The notes under the pieces: model-generated
Databases searched by the model: none
What the model was told of the DNA's origin: nothing
Seen by the model: the letters and a program-made list of their open reading frames with translations, nothing else
Position numbers and translations under genes: made by a program
Shown: positions 61,366-64,000 of the stretch, in pieces
Layout of the letters: each line of letters starts with the position of its first letter
Numbering within the stretch: position 1 is the first letter of the stretch
Source of the DNA: Tubulanus polymorphus
Lineage: Eukaryota > Animalia > Nemertea
Direction: 5' to 3'
DNA length: 64,000 nt
Assembly: GCF_964204645.1 (NCBI RefSeq)
Contig: NC_134033.1
Span: forward strand, 7,696,655 to 7,760,654

Positions 61366-62674
61366 GTCCCCGTTATGTGGGGCAACCTAAAATTGCTTGC
61401 AGCAGGAACAACACCAGAAGGAATTGCCGCTTCTGGGACAAGATCCTCATTGAAATCAGATCCTACCCCAGCATCCAGGAATTCAGTCAGAATTCCGAAT
61501 AACTGAGAACTTCTAACAATCTTCTTCGGACAATCAGGAATAGGCTAACCTGCTGTAGAAGTTGTAGTAACAAAATTTTTTCTTCGAACACACGGATATC
61601 CTTCTGAGTCAGGAATTTTCCCGTATCCAGACGACTTTGGTGACGGTCCCTTGAACGGGATCTAGACCTGCAAGAAGAATGGCCTTCTTCTTCGCTAACC
61701 AATGTTGATGAACGATGAGGCGACTTACGGCGAAACATTCCTGCAATAACGAACGTAATCTCGGGATCTATCCTTGATCTGCATGGAGACTGCGCGTCTA
61801 CTACGATCACGGCGTCTAGACTACGATAACTATGATTCGAAACGTCAGAATCACGAACCGCATGCCGATGTTCAAACCAGAAGTTCAGAACCGGGTGACG
61901 TCATATTTTAGTTTCCGAGCCTTATCGACCCGAATTCAAAGACCCTCGGACTGCAAGTCCTGCAAGGATTACTCCTGGAACAAATTTGCCCCGCTTTATG
62001 CCTACACGACGCACACGAAACGTAGTTGTCCCAGGCACCGAATAAATGACCACATCCCTCCCCACCACAATGACCACATCCCTCCCCATGCTGACCTTGG
62101 AGGGTGCAGCATTATTCCTTCAATTAATCACACAATAATAAATTCAATTCAATTCAATTTATTTAGCTTATTCGAAAAGAAACAAGGGATAGCCCCCAAA
62201 CCGAATGAACTCACCAGAAAGAGAGTGAAAACTCCCTCACTTCCTAATCCCTTTGTAAATATAAATTTTTTGCAAAAAATCCAAAAGGCGTTCTGAATGC
62301 GAGAACGCCAAGAAAAAAGATGGCGGATGGTGACAGTGGCTATGTGCAATACCACAGGGTCGGGTCGTATAGAAAAACCATTGGCGATCAATCCAAATTT
62401 AGAAAATATTGGCAAAAACCATAGGAAAGGGAGCAGTACCCAACGGAAATGCAGGGTTTTTACGTGTTTTTCAAGAATAAGTCCCCTAAAAATAACTTGA
62501 TCACTATGAAATTTGTGTGGGCTCGAGAACTCATTAAGCCAAACCATGACACCAAAAAATCAACAGTTGGTTCAACAGCCAATGTTTGTGCCTTGTTGAC
62601 ACACCGTACTCTATTCGTTTTCTATAAAAACTGCTTCACCAGACCGTTTGCATAAGCAAACCTATGGTTTGCCT

Positions 62675-62952
62675 AAAATGTGTAAAAAGTGCTGATTTTG
62701 GCGAACAACAATGGCTGCCAGTCAGCCATCTTGAATCTGACAGGGCCAGTTTTTGGGCTGAAGATGTGTTTAGGCTAGATACATGTGTAATCCAAATATA
62801 AAGACATTGCATTGAAGCGTCTTCCAAAAATAACTGGATTCAATCGGACGAACGAACGAACCATAAACACCTTTCAGGTTGAAAAGTTATGCAAGGGTTC
62901 ATTGATACCTATGAACAAAAGGACTGACAATGGACGAAAAGTGAATGCAAAA
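62675..62952 (-). mobile_element. HINE-B 5' fragment containing an empty Polinton target site
   Basis: Reverse complement of ~10445-10610; single AATGGC at 62710-62715. Confidence 0.7.
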
Positions 62953-64000
62953 GTAAAACTGGAAGTATTGAATATACATTGGTGCAGTGACAGGGTTCAT
63001 AGCCTCCAGGCCCAACTTAATTCAAGTACTTTCAAGGACCTATTTCAACAAAATTCAAGTACTATTTTCTGAAAAATACCATATAAACACTACTATTTAA
63101 GGCGAATTTATTGCAATGAAAATTCCTTTATTGCAGAAATTTAAAAGAAGTACAAACGCAAATCGTCATAAAGAAACATCCACGCGTAGCAGAGTACTTG
63201 ATAACTTTGGAATCTTTCAGCTTTATTTTAAGAAAGATTTTCTACATGCATCAGAAATAAATAACTTAAAAACAAGAAATCTGTGGGCCTTTCAACAGAA
63301 CTACAGGTAGACCTCGCCATCAAAAAGCTATACTATCGAAAGCAAAAATAACAAAATTATACAAAATTAAATTACAGCTCATCTACCTATTTACAATCGA
63401 TTAATTTGCTCCTTTTGAGTTTCGATGGCTGAAATTAGCTCTTTAGAGCCGCTTCTCCCATCGAAGATATGTAAATGGTTTTGGCGCATATCTTGCACCT
63501 AGCTTCTGTTGAAATTGGTCTGCGTTGAATCCAACTTTTGTATGATTCATGCACCAACCAGGAGTCAGAGAAATGGCACTTTCCCATACTGGCCTATCTA
63601 ATTTTGAATGCAACAAATTTCGATGACCGGCTTAAACGTCTAAATGATAACAGCTTAACGCTTAATCATGATCAGCTCGGGATACTCTGACATAAAAAAT
63701 CACTTTTTGATAGTTAATGCTCCAAAGATCGTCAAAATCAAAAAACAGTCTTTATATTAATTTGAGGTCATTATTTACTACCAATAATCTATTTAGAATT
63801 ATTTTGAAGTATTTTGTTTGTTTATTTCATCACAACGGCATTTGTATATACGCGGCGCGCGATAGCGGTAGTGCCGCCACGTGTCTACTAATAGATTTGT
63901 ATACGCATTGTCAGCAGTGAGCCACGTGCCTAATACATTTGTACTGTATATATACACAAGTCAGCAGTGTATAAGTGTCTATAGCACGCTGACAGTACAG

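Overview
AT-rich animal (probably marine invertebrate) genomic DNA made almost entirely of nested mobile elements. The only host gene recognised is URB2, whose last two exons lie on the minus strand at 57265-58007. The scaffold is a chain of non-autonomous Helentron-type (HINE/DINE-1-like) elements carrying 31-bp and ~155-bp tandem arrays. One of them contains a complete but decaying 17.9-kb Polinton/Maverick-type endogenous virus (29824-47725, GCCATT target duplication, ~382-bp TIRs). It encodes pPolB, integrase, packaging ATPase, major and minor capsid proteins, an HNH nuclease and several membrane proteins, and has no recognisable adenain protease. A truncated relative (15640-20135) and a third terminal fragment (21314-21878) belong to a second subfamily. 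Three features stand out. (i) Every Polinton end is itself a long fold-back palindrome whose mismatches are almost all G-T wobbles on the 3'-terminal strand, in both subfamilies. (ii) 14 of 18 genes start in a poxvirus-late-like TAAATG context, with two upstream motif classes. (iii) One gene instead looks host-Pol-II transcribed, with a 5'UTR intron. Together these suggest (inference) an integrated virus that may borrow the transcription machinery of a cytoplasmic large DNA virus. MITEs, a tRNA-derived SINE, and BEL/Pao and DIRS remnants fill the rest.
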